A stretch of DNA of 64,000 nt from Thermoplasmata archaeon (GTDB taxonomy: Archaea > Thermoplasmatota > E2 > JACPAO01 > JAHFTW01): assembly GCA_034667725.1 (NCBI GenBank), contig JAXDQS010000003.1:96001-160000 (forward strand), read 5' to 3'. Under the pieces are notes generated by a model, which ran no database searches, was not told the origin of the DNA, and saw only the letters and a program-made list of their open reading frames with translations. Positions 28,796 to 38,332 of the stretch are shown here, piece by piece; position 1 is the stretch's first letter; each line of letters starts with the position of its first letter. Position numbers and translations under genes: made by a program.

Positions 28796-29749
28796 CTAGT
28801 TGGGGGCGTGCGCGGTCTTGGCCGCCGGCACGATCGCTTGCGTGCTGGGGCCTTGCGGCTCGACGTACACGAACTTGAGCTGCGGCAGCGCCTGCACCAA
28901 GGCGGTCTCGATGCGCGCGGTGGCCGCCAGCATCTGGCCCGGGCCCGATTCGCGCAGCTCGACCTCGGCGCCCAGGAGCACCACGTCGGGGCCAAGGTAC
29001 ATGCTCTGCAGGCCCGCGATGCGCACGGTAGCGGGGTCGGCCGCGATGATGGCGGTGACGCGCTCCAAGTCGCGGCGGGACAGGCCGGCGCCGATCAACA
29101 GGCGCTGCACCACGCTGCCCAAGAACAGCGCGATGCCCATCAGCAGCAGGCCGATGGTCAGGCTGCCGGCGGCGTCCCAGCGCGGGTCGCCGGTCGCCTG
29201 CGCCAGCACCAGCGCGAGCGCGGCGATGGGCAGGCCGACGAGGGCGAGGCCGTCCTCCACCAGCACCGTGATGAGGGTGGCGTCGCGGTTCTCGTCGAGG
29301 AACTGGCGGAGGTTGGCGATGCCGCGGCGGCGGGCGCCCTTCTTGGCTTCCCGGAACGCGATGAACAAGGAGACGGCTTCGATGGCGAAGGCGGCGGCGA
29401 GGACGGCGAGGCTAAGGCGGATGTCGCCGATCGCGTGCGGGTGCTGGAACTTCTCGATGCCCTCGAACGCGGAGTATGCGCCGGCGACGCCGAACAGCAG
29501 GATGGCGACCATGAACGGCCAGAAGTAGGCGGCCTTGCCGGTGCCGAACGGGTGCTCCGGCGACGGCGGGCGGTGGGCGCGCGCGATGCCAAGCAGCAGC
29601 AGGATCTGGTTGCCGACGTCGCTGAAGCTGTGCGCGGCCTCGGCGAACATGGCGGCGGACTGGGAGGCAAGGCCCGCGACCAGCTTGAGGATGGCGATCA
29701 GCAGGTTGCCCAACAGGGCGGCGACGACGGCCAGGCGGGACTCGGCCAC
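28796..29749 (-). CDS. Cation diffusion facilitator (CDF) family transporter
   Basis: ALLGNLLIAILK, AEAAHSFSD, HPFGTGK, EDGLAL, WDAAGS; GTG start. Confidence 0.9.
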   Translation of the reverse strand: MAESRLAVVAALLGNLLIAILKLVAGLASQSAAMFAEAAHSFSDVGNQILLLLGIARAHRPPSPEHPFGTGKAAYFWPFMVAILLFGVAGAYSAFEGIEKFQHPHAIGDIRLSLAVLAAAFAIEAVSLFIAFREAKKGARRRGIANLRQFLDENRDATLITVLVEDGLALVGLPIAALALVLAQATGDPRWDAAGSLTIGLLLMGIALFLGSVVQRLLIGAGLSRRDLERVTAIIAADPATVRIAGLQSMYLGPDVVLLGAEVELRESGPGQMLAATARIETALVQALPQLKFVYVEPQGPSTQAIVPAAKTAHAPN

Positions 29750-29787
29750 GGGCGGCGGAGGGGGCGCGACGGAAAAACTCCCTGCCG

Positions 29788-31449
29788 CTACCCGGGTTGG
29801 GGCGCCAGCTTCGCCAGCCGCGCCACCAGCTGCCCCAAGAACGCCTCGTCCGGCGCGTCCCGGCCCTCGACGACGCCTTGGATGTCCGCCCACTTCGACT
29901 CCAGCACGCCCATGACCTCGCGCTCGATGGTGTTGGCGGCGACGATGTACCAGGCGTTGACGTGGTCGCGTTGCCCGATGCGGTGCAGGCGGCCTTCGCA
30001 CTGCTCGTGCTTGGTGGGGGTCCAGTCCAGCTCGACGAAGGCGACGTGGCTGGCGTGCATCTGGATGCCGTCGACGCCGTAGCCGGTGGAGTCCATGGTG
30101 GCCACCACGAAGTCGTAGAGGTCCAAGGTGTCGAGGATGCTGCGCCGCGTCTGCACCGGCGTGTCCCCCGTCAGGATGGCGACGTCGCCCGGCAGCGCCT
30201 CCGCCAGGCGCGCGACCACCTCCTTGTGGTAGGCGAAGAACACGACCCGCTCGCCCGACTCGACCAAGGGCTCCACCCAGTCGCGCACGAAGCCGATCTT
30301 GCCGAGCGCCGCCTGCTTCCGGAGCTTGGTGAGGTGGCCGCGCAGCTCCAGGAAGCCGCCGCCGGGCCCCATCATCTTGCGGGCCTCGTCGCCGTGCAGC
30401 GCCTGCCACTTGCGCACCCAGTCGAGCACCGCCTTCTCCTCCTTCTGGTAGGCGGGGGTCGCGACCATCTCGACATCGACGCGGGTGCGCACCAGCGGCG
30501 GCAGGTCGGCGGCCACCTCGTCCTTGGTGCGCCGGACCATGCAGGTCGCCTTCAGTCGCTCATGCAGGGTGCGGCGGTCGAGGCGGGCAAGCGCGTTCAG
30601 GGCGTGCGTCTCGGGAAGCGGCCCTTGCTCGGGGCGCCACCAGTGCGGCAGGATCCCCCGGTAGATCGACAGCACGTTCTCCAGCTGCCCGAGCAGCCGC
30701 AACTGATGGAGCAGGTCCTCGCGGCGGTTCTTGATGGGCGTGCCCGTGAGCGCCAGCCGCATCGCGACGCCCTCGACGAGCGCCATCGCGTTCTTGCTGC
30801 GCTGCGCGCCCGGGTTCTTGAAGAAATGCGCCTCGTCCAACACCACGGCCTTCGGCTTGAGCGCCTGCAAGTCGTCGAGGCGGCGGCCCAAGAGCTCCGG
30901 GTTCAGGACCGTGATCTCGGCGCCTTGCAGCTTGTCGCGGCCGGCGTGCAGCACCTGGACGTTGCGCCACGGAGTCCACTTCAGCACCTCCTGCCGCCAC
31001 CCCAGCTTGACCGCCGCGGGGCACACCACGACGGCCGGGTACGCCTCCGCCTTCTCGATGGCCACCAACGCCTGCAACGACTTGCCGAGGCCCATCGAGT
31101 CCGCCAGCAGCACCCGCTTGCGCTCCAGGATTGCGGCAACACCCTCGCGCTGGTAGGGCCGCAGCCGGGTCTCCAGGTCGCGCACCCGCTCCGGCCGCCC
31201 CCCCTCGCCGACCTCGCCCTCCAATTCGTCGAGCCGGGCCCGGGTCGCCAGCTGCGCGTCGATGGCGCCGGTGTCCAGCAGCCAGCGCATCGCGGCCACG
31301 TCGCGGGTGGCGGCGCCGAACGTCCAGGCGTGCGCGGCGCGGTCCCAGCGCGGCAGGCCGAGGCCCCGGTCCTTCAGTTCGCGGCTGGCCTCCGGCGGCA
31401 GCGCCCGGTCGAGGCGGAACTGCCCGTCGGCGAAGCGCAGTTGGAGCAT
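29788..31449 (-). CDS. SNF2-family ATPase/helicase (SMARCAL1/HARP-like)
   Basis: LRPYQ, LLADSMGLGKS, DEAH, LTGTP, QCEGRLHRIGQ; short N-terminal domain with RWD..AW.F. Confidence 0.92.
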   Translation of the reverse strand: MLQLRFADGQFRLDRALPPEASRELKDRGLGLPRWDRAAHAWTFGAATRDVAAMRWLLDTGAIDAQLATRARLDELEGEVGEGGRPERVRDLETRLRPYQREGVAAILERKRVLLADSMGLGKSLQALVAIEKAEAYPAVVVCPAAVKLGWRQEVLKWTPWRNVQVLHAGRDKLQGAEITVLNPELLGRRLDDLQALKPKAVVLDEAHFFKNPGAQRSKNAMALVEGVAMRLALTGTPIKNRREDLLHQLRLLGQLENVLSIYRGILPHWWRPEQGPLPETHALNALARLDRRTLHERLKATCMVRRTKDEVAADLPPLVRTRVDVEMVATPAYQKEEKAVLDWVRKWQALHGDEARKMMGPGGGFLELRGHLTKLRKQAALGKIGFVRDWVEPLVESGERVVFFAYHKEVVARLAEALPGDVAILTGDTPVQTRRSILDTLDLYDFVVATMDSTGYGVDGIQMHASHVAFVELDWTPTKHEQCEGRLHRIGQRDHVNAWYIVAANTIEREVMGVLESKWADIQGVVEGRDAPDEAFLGQLVARLAKLAPQPG

Positions 31450-32235
31450 CTATTGGGCCGCCAGGGCGACCGTCGGCGACGGCACGGCAAACAGTACGAC
31501 CGGCCCGTCGCTGCGCATCGCGACGACCTCGTGGCCGGCGCCCGCCAGGACGACGGCGTCCGTCGGGTGGAGCGCGCCGGCGTCGGCGAGGACGGCGGCC
31601 GACCGGCACAGCACCCGGCCGCCGTCGACGCGGCCCACCGCCTGGCCGCCGTCCGCCGGCACGAACGCCCAGCGCGGGCCCGGCGCGGGCCGCGGCGGCG
31701 CGTCGGCCGCCAGGCGCGGGAAGCGCGGCTCGGTCGCATCGACGGCGGCGGACTGGCCGTCGCCCTCGACGTGGAGGGTGTGGTTCCAGGCCAGCAGGGT
31801 GGCCGGACGCGGGACCGGCACCTCGATGCTGGCGAGCTGCTGGAGGTGCTCGTCGTAAGCGGCTAGCCGGCCGTCGGTGGCCACCCACAGCACGTCCTGG
31901 TCGAGCGCGAAGGCGCGCGCCGGCGGGCTCGCGGCGCTGGCCAGCTCGAAGCCGGCGTCGTCCACGCGCGCGATCCGGCCCGGCTCCGCGACCACCCACC
32001 CGAACCACGCCGGCGCCACCATGGCGACGCCGGGCCGCGCGCCCAACTGGACGTGCGCGTCCTCCATGCGCTGGTGGATGCGCAGCACGCCGTCCGCGCC
32101 GAGCGCCGCGATGCGGTCGGGCACGTCGCCGTCGGGAAGCGGGCACGCCGGCGGGCCGCCCAGGCTGGCCCACATCAGGCCGCTCAGGATGGCGACCGCG
32201 GCGGCGGCCTTGGCGACAGCAAGCATTTCTCCCAT
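31450..32235 (-). CDS. Hypothetical exported/membrane-anchored protein
   Basis: Fills the gap between E1 alpha and helicase with no intergenic space on the helicase side; N-terminal hydrophobic segment. Confidence 0.55.
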   Translation of the reverse strand: MGEMLAVAKAAAAVAILSGLMWASLGGPPACPLPDGDVPDRIAALGADGVLRIHQRMEDAHVQLGARPGVAMVAPAWFGWVVAEPGRIARVDDAGFELASAASPPARAFALDQDVLWVATDGRLAAYDEHLQQLASIEVPVPRPATLLAWNHTLHVEGDGQSAAVDATEPRFPRLAADAPPRPAPGPRWAFVPADGGQAVGRVDGGRVLCRSAAVLADAGALHPTDAVVLAGAGHEVVAMRSDGPVVLFAVPSPTVALAAQ

Positions 32236-32245
32236 GGCGATCCGC

Positions 32246-33388
32246 TCAGTGGGCCTTCGGCGGCCACTCGTACAGGCCGCGCTCGACCTCGGAGCGCAGC
32301 TGGCGGGCCTGGTCCTTCAGGAGGTCGGGGACAGCCTCGTAGACGTCGTAGAACATCGACTCTGGCTCGGGCAGGCTGGCCGCCTCGGCCTCCTTGATGG
32401 CGACGTCCACCTCGCGGTCGATCTCGAGCTGGAGCTGCTCCTCCCACTTGGCGCTCCACACCTTGCGGGCCTTGAGGTGGCGCCGGAAAATCTCGACCGG
32501 GTCGCGCTTGAGCCACTTCTGGAACGTCGCCTCGTCGCGGTAGCGGGTCGGGTCGTCGCTGCTGGAATGCGGGACGATGCGGTAGGTGAGCGCCTCGATG
32601 AGGGTGGGGCCCTCGCCCTTGCGCGCCCGCTCGACGGCCTCGGACACTGCCTGATGGACCGCGAGGATGTCGTTGCCGTCCACCAGGACGCCGGGCATCC
32701 CGTAGGCGACAGCCTTCTCGGCGTACGTGCGCGTGGCCGTCTGCTTGTCGTGCTGCACCGAAATGGCGAACTGGTTGTTCTGGCAGACGAAGACCACCGG
32801 CGACTTGGTGACCGCCGCGAAGTTGAGCGCGCTGTGGAAGTCGTTCTCGCTGGTGGCGCCGTCGCCCAGGAACCCGATGGCCACCTGGTCCGTGCCCTTC
32901 AGCTTCATGCCATAGGCGGCGCCCGCGGCGTGCGGCAACTGGGTCGCGATGACCGAGGACCACGACACATGGTTGATTGAGCGGTCCATGTAATGGCACG
33001 GCATCTGCCGGCCCTTCTGCAGGTCGTGGTCGTTGCCGATGCACTGCGCCGCGTAGTGACTGAGCCTGAGGCCACGGTAGAGCGCCGCCGACCCTTCCCG
33101 CAACGCCGGGAACAGCCAATCGTCCGGACGCAACGCCATCGCGGTCCCGATCGGCGTCGCCTCCTGCCCCGTGCAAGCCCCGTAGAACCCGATCCGGCCT
33201 TGGCGCTGCATGTTGCTCAACTTGACGTCGAGCGCGCGCACCAACAACATCGTGCGGAACGCCTTCTTCAACGACTCCGCCGGCAGCCGCGGCGCCTCGA
33301 CGCCCTCCACGCCCTCGCCGTCGCCGAGGATGCGCAGCATGGGAAGCTCAGGGGCCTTGGGGTTCACGACGCCCAGGGGAACGGCCAC
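32246..33388 (-). CDS. pdhA: 2-oxoacid (pyruvate/branched-chain) dehydrogenase E1 alpha subunit
   Basis: RQGRIGFY, GRQMPCH, TPP motif GDGATSE...NNQFAIS, HSSSDDP; substrate (pyruvate vs branched-chain) not determined. Confidence 0.9.
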   Translation of the reverse strand: MAVPLGVVNPKAPELPMLRILGDGEGVEGVEAPRLPAESLKKAFRTMLLVRALDVKLSNMQRQGRIGFYGACTGQEATPIGTAMALRPDDWLFPALREGSAALYRGLRLSHYAAQCIGNDHDLQKGRQMPCHYMDRSINHVSWSSVIATQLPHAAGAAYGMKLKGTDQVAIGFLGDGATSENDFHSALNFAAVTKSPVVFVCQNNQFAISVQHDKQTATRTYAEKAVAYGMPGVLVDGNDILAVHQAVSEAVERARKGEGPTLIEALTYRIVPHSSSDDPTRYRDEATFQKWLKRDPVEIFRRHLKARKVWSAKWEEQLQLEIDREVDVAIKEAEAASLPEPESMFYDVYEAVPDLLKDQARQLRSEVERGLYEWPPKAH

Positions 33389-33410
33389 GCCGCGGGGAGC
33401 CCGGAGGGCC

Positions 33411-33418
33411 GATAAAAG
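33411..33418 (-). promoter_or_regulatory. TATA box of E1 alpha gene
   Basis: CTTTTATC on minus strand 22 nt upstream of GTG 33388. Confidence 0.55.
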
Positions 33419-33436
33419 GCAAGTCCCAAGGGCCAG

Positions 33437-34765
33437 TCAGATGGGGGACTGGCCAAGCGAGAGGCCCACGCGGTAACGACTGTCCGCAGAATAGACCACG
33501 ATGGAGGACTCCCGGTCGCAGGGCGGGAGGTTCTCTTCGGCCATCACCAGGAAGCCGCCGTCGGTGCGCGCGCCCGCCTCGGCCGTCGCGTGGACCAGGC
33601 TGCCGCGCAGGTAGCGCAGGGTGGCGATGTAGCGCACCTCCTCGGGCGCGGTGCCGCAGGTCCGCGGCAGCAGGCCGGCCAACAGGTCTGCCGGCACCAC
33701 GGCGGCGACCGTGGCCGGCTGCGGATTTGCGAACGTGCCGGTCTTGACGCTGAGTACGGGCGGCCCGGCAAGCGGTTCCGGCAGCGGGCCGGACGTCGTG
33801 ACGAACTCGATCCAGTCATGCCCGTCGGCGTCCACGATGCGCAGGTCCCATTGCGACTCCCAGAAGGGGGCCCGGACGAACTGGATGAGGTCGAAAGCCC
33901 ATTTGGGGTGCGCCTGGAGGAACGCGGCCACGTCGGGGTGGGTCCGCCCGCGCTCCATCGCCTCCAGAAGGGTGCTCTCCTCGCGCCCCGGATCCAGGGG
34001 TGGCACCTCGCCAAAGCCGGCCGTCACCGCCGCGACCGGCTCCAGCAGGCCCGGCGACAGCGGCGGCATTTGCCATGGGCCGTCGCCTTGGCTGGCCTCG
34101 GTGCGATTCCAGACGCCGACAAAGAGGGGCCAGACAATGCCTGTCCGGCACGAGGGCGCGGGGCACGCGAAGGAGACCTCCAGCCGGACGGGGAAGGGAC
34201 TGGCGTCCAAGGTGTAGGCCAGCGTGGTCGTGGAGCCCGTGTCGTCCGTCTGATGGAACGCGAGGCGGACCGTGTCGCCGACCTTGGCTTCCAGGACTTG
34301 GCTGCGCCACGCGGCGACCGGCGTGCCTGCGGGGAGCCGGGTCTCCATGGGAACGTCCAGCAGCAGCATCGGCAGCAGCACCAGCTCCGTCGTCATGAGA
34401 CGGACACGCCCAGGGTTCTGCATGACGACCAGCTCAGCGGCGGTGCCGGCCAGGACCGGGACATGATACGCCACCGGGGCGCCCCCTTGCCACCAGACCG
34501 CCGAATCGCTAAGGTTGCCGGACGGTCGGACCGTCGAGCGGGCAAACTCGGCCCCAAGCGGCGCGTAGGCATCCGGGCCGTCTTCCTGGAACGTCATGGC
34601 TGTTCCCGATGGGGCTTGGTAGGTGGCAGTCCAGCCCTCCTGCAACGACCCTCGGGCCTCGGCCCACGACGCCGGCGACGGACTGTCGGGCGGCGTGCTG
34701 CATCCCGCCAGCACGAGCGCCACGGCAAGGAGCGCGAGGACGGCAGCGTCAGAACGGCACGCCAT
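33437..34765 (-). CDS. Hypothetical lipoprotein
   Basis: MACRSDAAVLALLAVALVLAGC lipobox; 442 aa; overlaps upstream gene end. Confidence 0.7.
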   Translation of the reverse strand: MACRSDAAVLALLAVALVLAGCSTPPDSPSPASWAEARGSLQEGWTATYQAPSGTAMTFQEDGPDAYAPLGAEFARSTVRPSGNLSDSAVWWQGGAPVAYHVPVLAGTAAELVVMQNPGRVRLMTTELVLLPMLLLDVPMETRLPAGTPVAAWRSQVLEAKVGDTVRLAFHQTDDTGSTTTLAYTLDASPFPVRLEVSFACPAPSCRTGIVWPLFVGVWNRTEASQGDGPWQMPPLSPGLLEPVAAVTAGFGEVPPLDPGREESTLLEAMERGRTHPDVAAFLQAHPKWAFDLIQFVRAPFWESQWDLRIVDADGHDWIEFVTTSGPLPEPLAGPPVLSVKTGTFANPQPATVAAVVPADLLAGLLPRTCGTAPEEVRYIATLRYLRGSLVHATAEAGARTDGGFLVMAEENLPPCDRESSIVVYSADSRYRVGLSLGQSPI

Positions 34766-35396
34766 ACATCTCCGCGTGGACCGGGACGAGGCCGGGTCCG
34801 AGGCCGTCGAACTCTCCCTTCCAGATGATCGGGGCATTGGAGGGAATGGCTTCCCAATGGGCATGGCCTGAGGCTTGGAGCTTGCCGAAGGTGAGGCTGG
34901 CGGTCAAAGTGTCATACGACGGCGCGGTGTCGGCCCAGAGTTGGCTCGGCACATACCCAACATCCGCTTCTTCCAAGGACTGGTACAGCAGGACCGTGCA
35001 GAAGCAGTGGCTGTCCTGGTAGCTCCAGGCCGTGCTGGTGCCCACGTAGCCCCACTTGTAGCCGTAGTAGGCCACCTCGTTCGCGGCGTCGCGGTCCGTG
35101 CACTTCCAGATTTCCACGTGGTAGGAAAATTCGCCCGGTTCAAGGCGGGACGTCGGCGCGTCGCCGTGGCCGGGCAAACCTGGGGCCATTGCCACGACGC
35201 CAGTCATCTCGTGGGTCGCAGTGTAGACTTGCTTCCATTCGTCGTCGCCGTCATCGCACAGGTCCGGTGTTGGAACGGCGTCGATGCAGAGCAGGTCTCC
35301 CACGCAAATCGCTGTGGCAGGGCTGGCAAGCCCAGCACCGGCCATCGTGAGGAGCACCAGGGCCGCAGCAATGAAGCGGAAACCCCGATGTTGCAT
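34749..35396 (-). CDS. Hypothetical secreted Cys-containing protein
   Basis: Signal peptide MQHRGFRFIAAALVLLTMAGAGLASPATA; 6 Cys including CFC; lower GC. Confidence 0.7.
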   Translation of the reverse strand: MQHRGFRFIAAALVLLTMAGAGLASPATAICVGDLLCIDAVPTPDLCDDGDDEWKQVYTATHEMTGVVAMAPGLPGHGDAPTSRLEPGEFSYHVEIWKCTDRDAANEVAYYGYKWGYVGTSTAWSYQDSHCFCTVLLYQSLEEADVGYVPSQLWADTAPSYDTLTASLTFGKLQASGHAHWEAIPSNAPIIWKGEFDGLGPGLVPVHAEMYGVPF

Positions 35397-35459
35397 AAGT
35401 CCGGCACCCGGCCTTTGCGCGATAAGCCTATTCTTGCCGATGGCGTGGGCGCTTCCTTC

Positions 35460-36248
35460 ATGCCAAGCGACCGCCGCCTCGTGCGTTGGGCCCTCTTGGG
35501 CTGCCTCCTCTACTTGGCCACCACCCTGCTCGTCGTCTTCGGCCTCGCGGACGGCCTCGACCTTGCCATCGACCGCGTGGTGTACCGCGTCTTTGGCGAC
35601 GATTTCGAGAGTGCCTGGAACCTGCTGTCGTTGCCGGGCGGGGTCCAGATGTCGGTCGCGGCGGCTGCCTTCGGGGCCTTCGTCGCGTGGGTGGCCGGCT
35701 CCCCGCGCCGCGCCGTCGTCATCCTGGTGGCGGCCCTTGCCGGCGGCCTGCTGGTGGACGGCCTCAAGACCCTCCACGAACGCCCCTACCCGCACCATGA
35801 CCTGCCGACCTTCACGCTCGCGGACGGCGAGGTGGCGTTCCTGGGCTACCGGGGCGTCCAGGTGCTGCCCGCCAACGTGACGGACCCTTACGACCGCGAC
35901 CAGTGGCAGGAGCCCAACATCACCATCCGGCCCGCCGACCTGTCGCGGTTTCCGACGAGCCCCGCCAATGCCTACCCGAGCGGCCACACCATCGGCGCCG
36001 CCGTGTCCTGGGGCGTCGCCCTCCTGTTGGCGACCATGGCGGTGCAGCGGGCCTGGACGCCCGACCGGCGCGCCGTCGCCGCCGTCCTGCTGCTTGCCGT
36101 CGTCGTCGGCGTCGACCGCGTCGTCGTCCGCAGCCACTGGGTGACCGACGTGGTGGCGGCGTGGGGCCTCGGCGTCGCCCTCGTCGTGGCGGCACTGCTT
36201 GCCGACCGGGCGCTCAAGGACCGTTGGCCCGACCGCATCGCCGCCTGA
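35460..36248 (+). CDS. PAP2-family membrane phosphatase
   Basis: K...ERP, YPSGH, R....HWVTDV motifs; TM helices. Confidence 0.87.
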   Translation: MPSDRRLVRWALLGCLLYLATTLLVVFGLADGLDLAIDRVVYRVFGDDFESAWNLLSLPGGVQMSVAAAAFGAFVAWVAGSPRRAVVILVAALAGGLLVDGLKTLHERPYPHHDLPTFTLADGEVAFLGYRGVQVLPANVTDPYDRDQWQEPNITIRPADLSRFPTSPANAYPSGHTIGAAVSWGVALLLATMAVQRAWTPDRRAVAAVLLLAVVVGVDRVVVRSHWVTDVVAAWGLGVALVVAALLADRALKDRWPDRIAA

Positions 36249-36294
36249 CCGGCCGGCGGCGGCAAGCCTTCAAGCCCCGCTCCGATGCTCCTCC

Positions 36295-36528
36295 ATGCCC
36301 GGCCATCCGATCCCCCCGGACCTCGCCTCGGCCCTCAAACGCAACGCCGCCGCCCGCAAGCACTTCGACGCCCTCCCCGGCAAGCGGCGCGAGCGCTTCG
36401 TCACCTACCTCGACGAGGCCAAGCGCCCCGCCACCCGTGCCCGCCGATTGCGCGGCGAGATCCTCCAGCTCAAGGCCGGCAAGTCCCATCCGCGCTGCAA
36501 CTGGAGCAAGGCCGAGTCGCTCGGGTAG
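36295..36528 (+). CDS. YdeI/OmpD-associated family protein
   Basis: IPPDLASAL..N..A..HF..L....R..F..Y..EAKRPATRARR. Confidence 0.8.
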   Translation: MPGHPIPPDLASALKRNAAARKHFDALPGKRRERFVTYLDEAKRPATRARRLRGEILQLKAGKSHPRCNWSKAESLG

Positions 36529-36556
36529 AATCCCAAGGGCCTTGACCAAGCACCCG

Positions 36557-37444
36557 ATGGTCCCCAGCGTGCCCCGGCCCGCCCCCGCCACCACCGCCAT
36601 CCTGGTGGATGGCGACAACGTCCCGCCCTCGGTGCTGGCCGACCTGCTGGACCACGTCTCCGGCCCCAGCGAGCGCCGCGTGTTCCGCAACTGGCGCAGC
36701 ACCCGCGACGCCAAGGCGTGGGACGACGCCTCCAAGCGGCTTGCCTTCGAGCGCGTCGACCGCTACCGCACCACCTCCGGCAAGAACGGCAGCGACATCG
36801 CCGTCGCGGTCGCCGCCATGGACTTCCTGCACGACGGGGTCGCGCGCTTCGTCATCGTCTCCGGCGACACTGACTTCACGCCCCTGGTCGAGCGCCTGCG
36901 CCGCGGCGGCGCCCACGTGACGGTGGCCGGCCACAAGGCCGTCGGCGGCCTGCTTGCCGACGTCGCCGACGTCTACATCCCCTGGTCCGCGCTCGGCACG
37001 GCCAAGAAGGCCGCGCCGGCGCCGCGCAAGCGGGCCGCAGCACCCGCGCCCAGGCCGGCCAAGGCGGCCGCGCCGCGCAAGCGCGCGGCGCCGCCCGCCC
37101 GCTCGGCTGCGCCGCCGGCGGCGCGCCCGGCCCCGCCGGCGGCGCGGCCGCTGCCGCCGGCCCGGCAGGCGGCGCCGCCGCCCGCCAACCGCCTCGTGGA
37201 GGTCCTCAAGGACGCCTACAACGTGGCGATGACCGACGGCGAGGTCGACGCCGAGGGCTGGGTCGCGGTGGACCGGCTCGGCATGGTGGCGCGCACCGTC
37301 GAGGCCGACTTCTCGCCGGGCAAGTACGGGCTGCCGAAGCGGGCGAGCCTGAGCAAGGTCCTGCAAGGGCTGCCCGGGTTCGAGGTGGACTCGCGCGGCC
37401 GGCGCGGCAACTCGGTGCAGTACCGGGTCCGGCTGCGGCGGTGA
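36557..37444 (+). CDS. NYN (LabA/DUF88) nuclease domain protein with C-terminal OST-HTH/LOTUS-like domain
   Basis: ILVDGDN, GKNGSD, SGDTDFTPL; Pro/Ala/Lys linker; DFSPGKYG..SLSKVL. Confidence 0.88.
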   Translation: MVPSVPRPAPATTAILVDGDNVPPSVLADLLDHVSGPSERRVFRNWRSTRDAKAWDDASKRLAFERVDRYRTTSGKNGSDIAVAVAAMDFLHDGVARFVIVSGDTDFTPLVERLRRGGAHVTVAGHKAVGGLLADVADVYIPWSALGTAKKAAPAPRKRAAAPAPRPAKAAAPRKRAAPPARSAAPPAARPAPPAARPLPPARQAAPPPANRLVEVLKDAYNVAMTDGEVDAEGWVAVDRLGMVARTVEADFSPGKYGLPKRASLSKVLQGLPGFEVDSRGRRGNSVQYRVRLRR

Positions 37445-38298
37445 CGGCGGTGCGCACCGTCCCCTTCGGCGGCAGCCGCGACCAGGTGAGCGTCATCGGC
37501 CAAGGCACCTGGCAGGTCCGCGACGCCAAGAACGCCAAGCAGGCCATCGAGGAAGGGCTGCGGCTCGGCCTGACCCACATCGACACGGCGGAGCTGTACG
37601 AGCGCAACTCCAGGTCCGAGACGATGCTGGGCGAGCTCCTGTCCCGCCCCGACCGCGACGGCAAGGGCACGATGCGCGACCACGTCTTCCTCGCGAGCAA
37701 GGTGATGCCCCAGCACGCCGACCGCCGCGGCACCGTGTCCGCCTGCAAGGACTCGCTCGTCCATCTCCAGACCGACCGCCTCGACCTCTACTACCTGCAT
37801 TGGCCGGGCCGCCACCCCGTCGCCGACACCATGGCCGCGATGGGGGACCTGGTGGACCTCGGCTGGATCCGCCACGTCGGCGTGTCCAACTTCGACGTGG
37901 CCCAACTGGAGGAGGCCCGCGCCGCGCTGGGCCCGCGCCGCCTCGCCGCCAACCAGGTGCTCTACCATCTGGCCGACCGCGGCGCCGAGTCCGAGGTCGT
38001 CCCCTGGTGCAAGGCGCACGGCGTCACGGTCGTGGCCTACTCCCCGTTCGGGCAAGGCAGCTTCGTGCACGGCCCCGGCCTGCGCGCACTGGAGGCGGTC
38101 GCCAAGCGCGAAGGATTGACGGCGCGGCAGGCGGCCCTGGCGTTCCTGACCCGCGACCCGGCGGTGGTCGCCATCCCGAAGGCGGAGACCGTGCCGCACG
38201 TGCGCGACAACGCCAAGGGCGACGCCCGCCTCTCCGAGGAGTCCGTCGCCGCCATCGACGCCGCCTTCCCAACCGAGCCGGGGCTGCGCACGGTCTAG
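37441..38298 (+). CDS. Aldo/keto reductase
   Basis: IGQGTW, HIDTAELY, LDLYYLHWP, GVSNF, AYSP, AIPKA. Confidence 0.93.
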   Translation: MTAVRTVPFGGSRDQVSVIGQGTWQVRDAKNAKQAIEEGLRLGLTHIDTAELYERNSRSETMLGELLSRPDRDGKGTMRDHVFLASKVMPQHADRRGTVSACKDSLVHLQTDRLDLYYLHWPGRHPVADTMAAMGDLVDLGWIRHVGVSNFDVAQLEEARAALGPRRLAANQVLYHLADRGAESEVVPWCKAHGVTVVAYSPFGQGSFVHGPGLRALEAVAKREGLTARQAALAFLTRDPAVVAIPKAETVPHVRDNAKGDARLSEESVAAIDAAFPTEPGLRTV

Positions 38299-38332
38299 CC
38301 TTTTCCGCTGCCCCTCCTTCGCGGCCCTGCCC

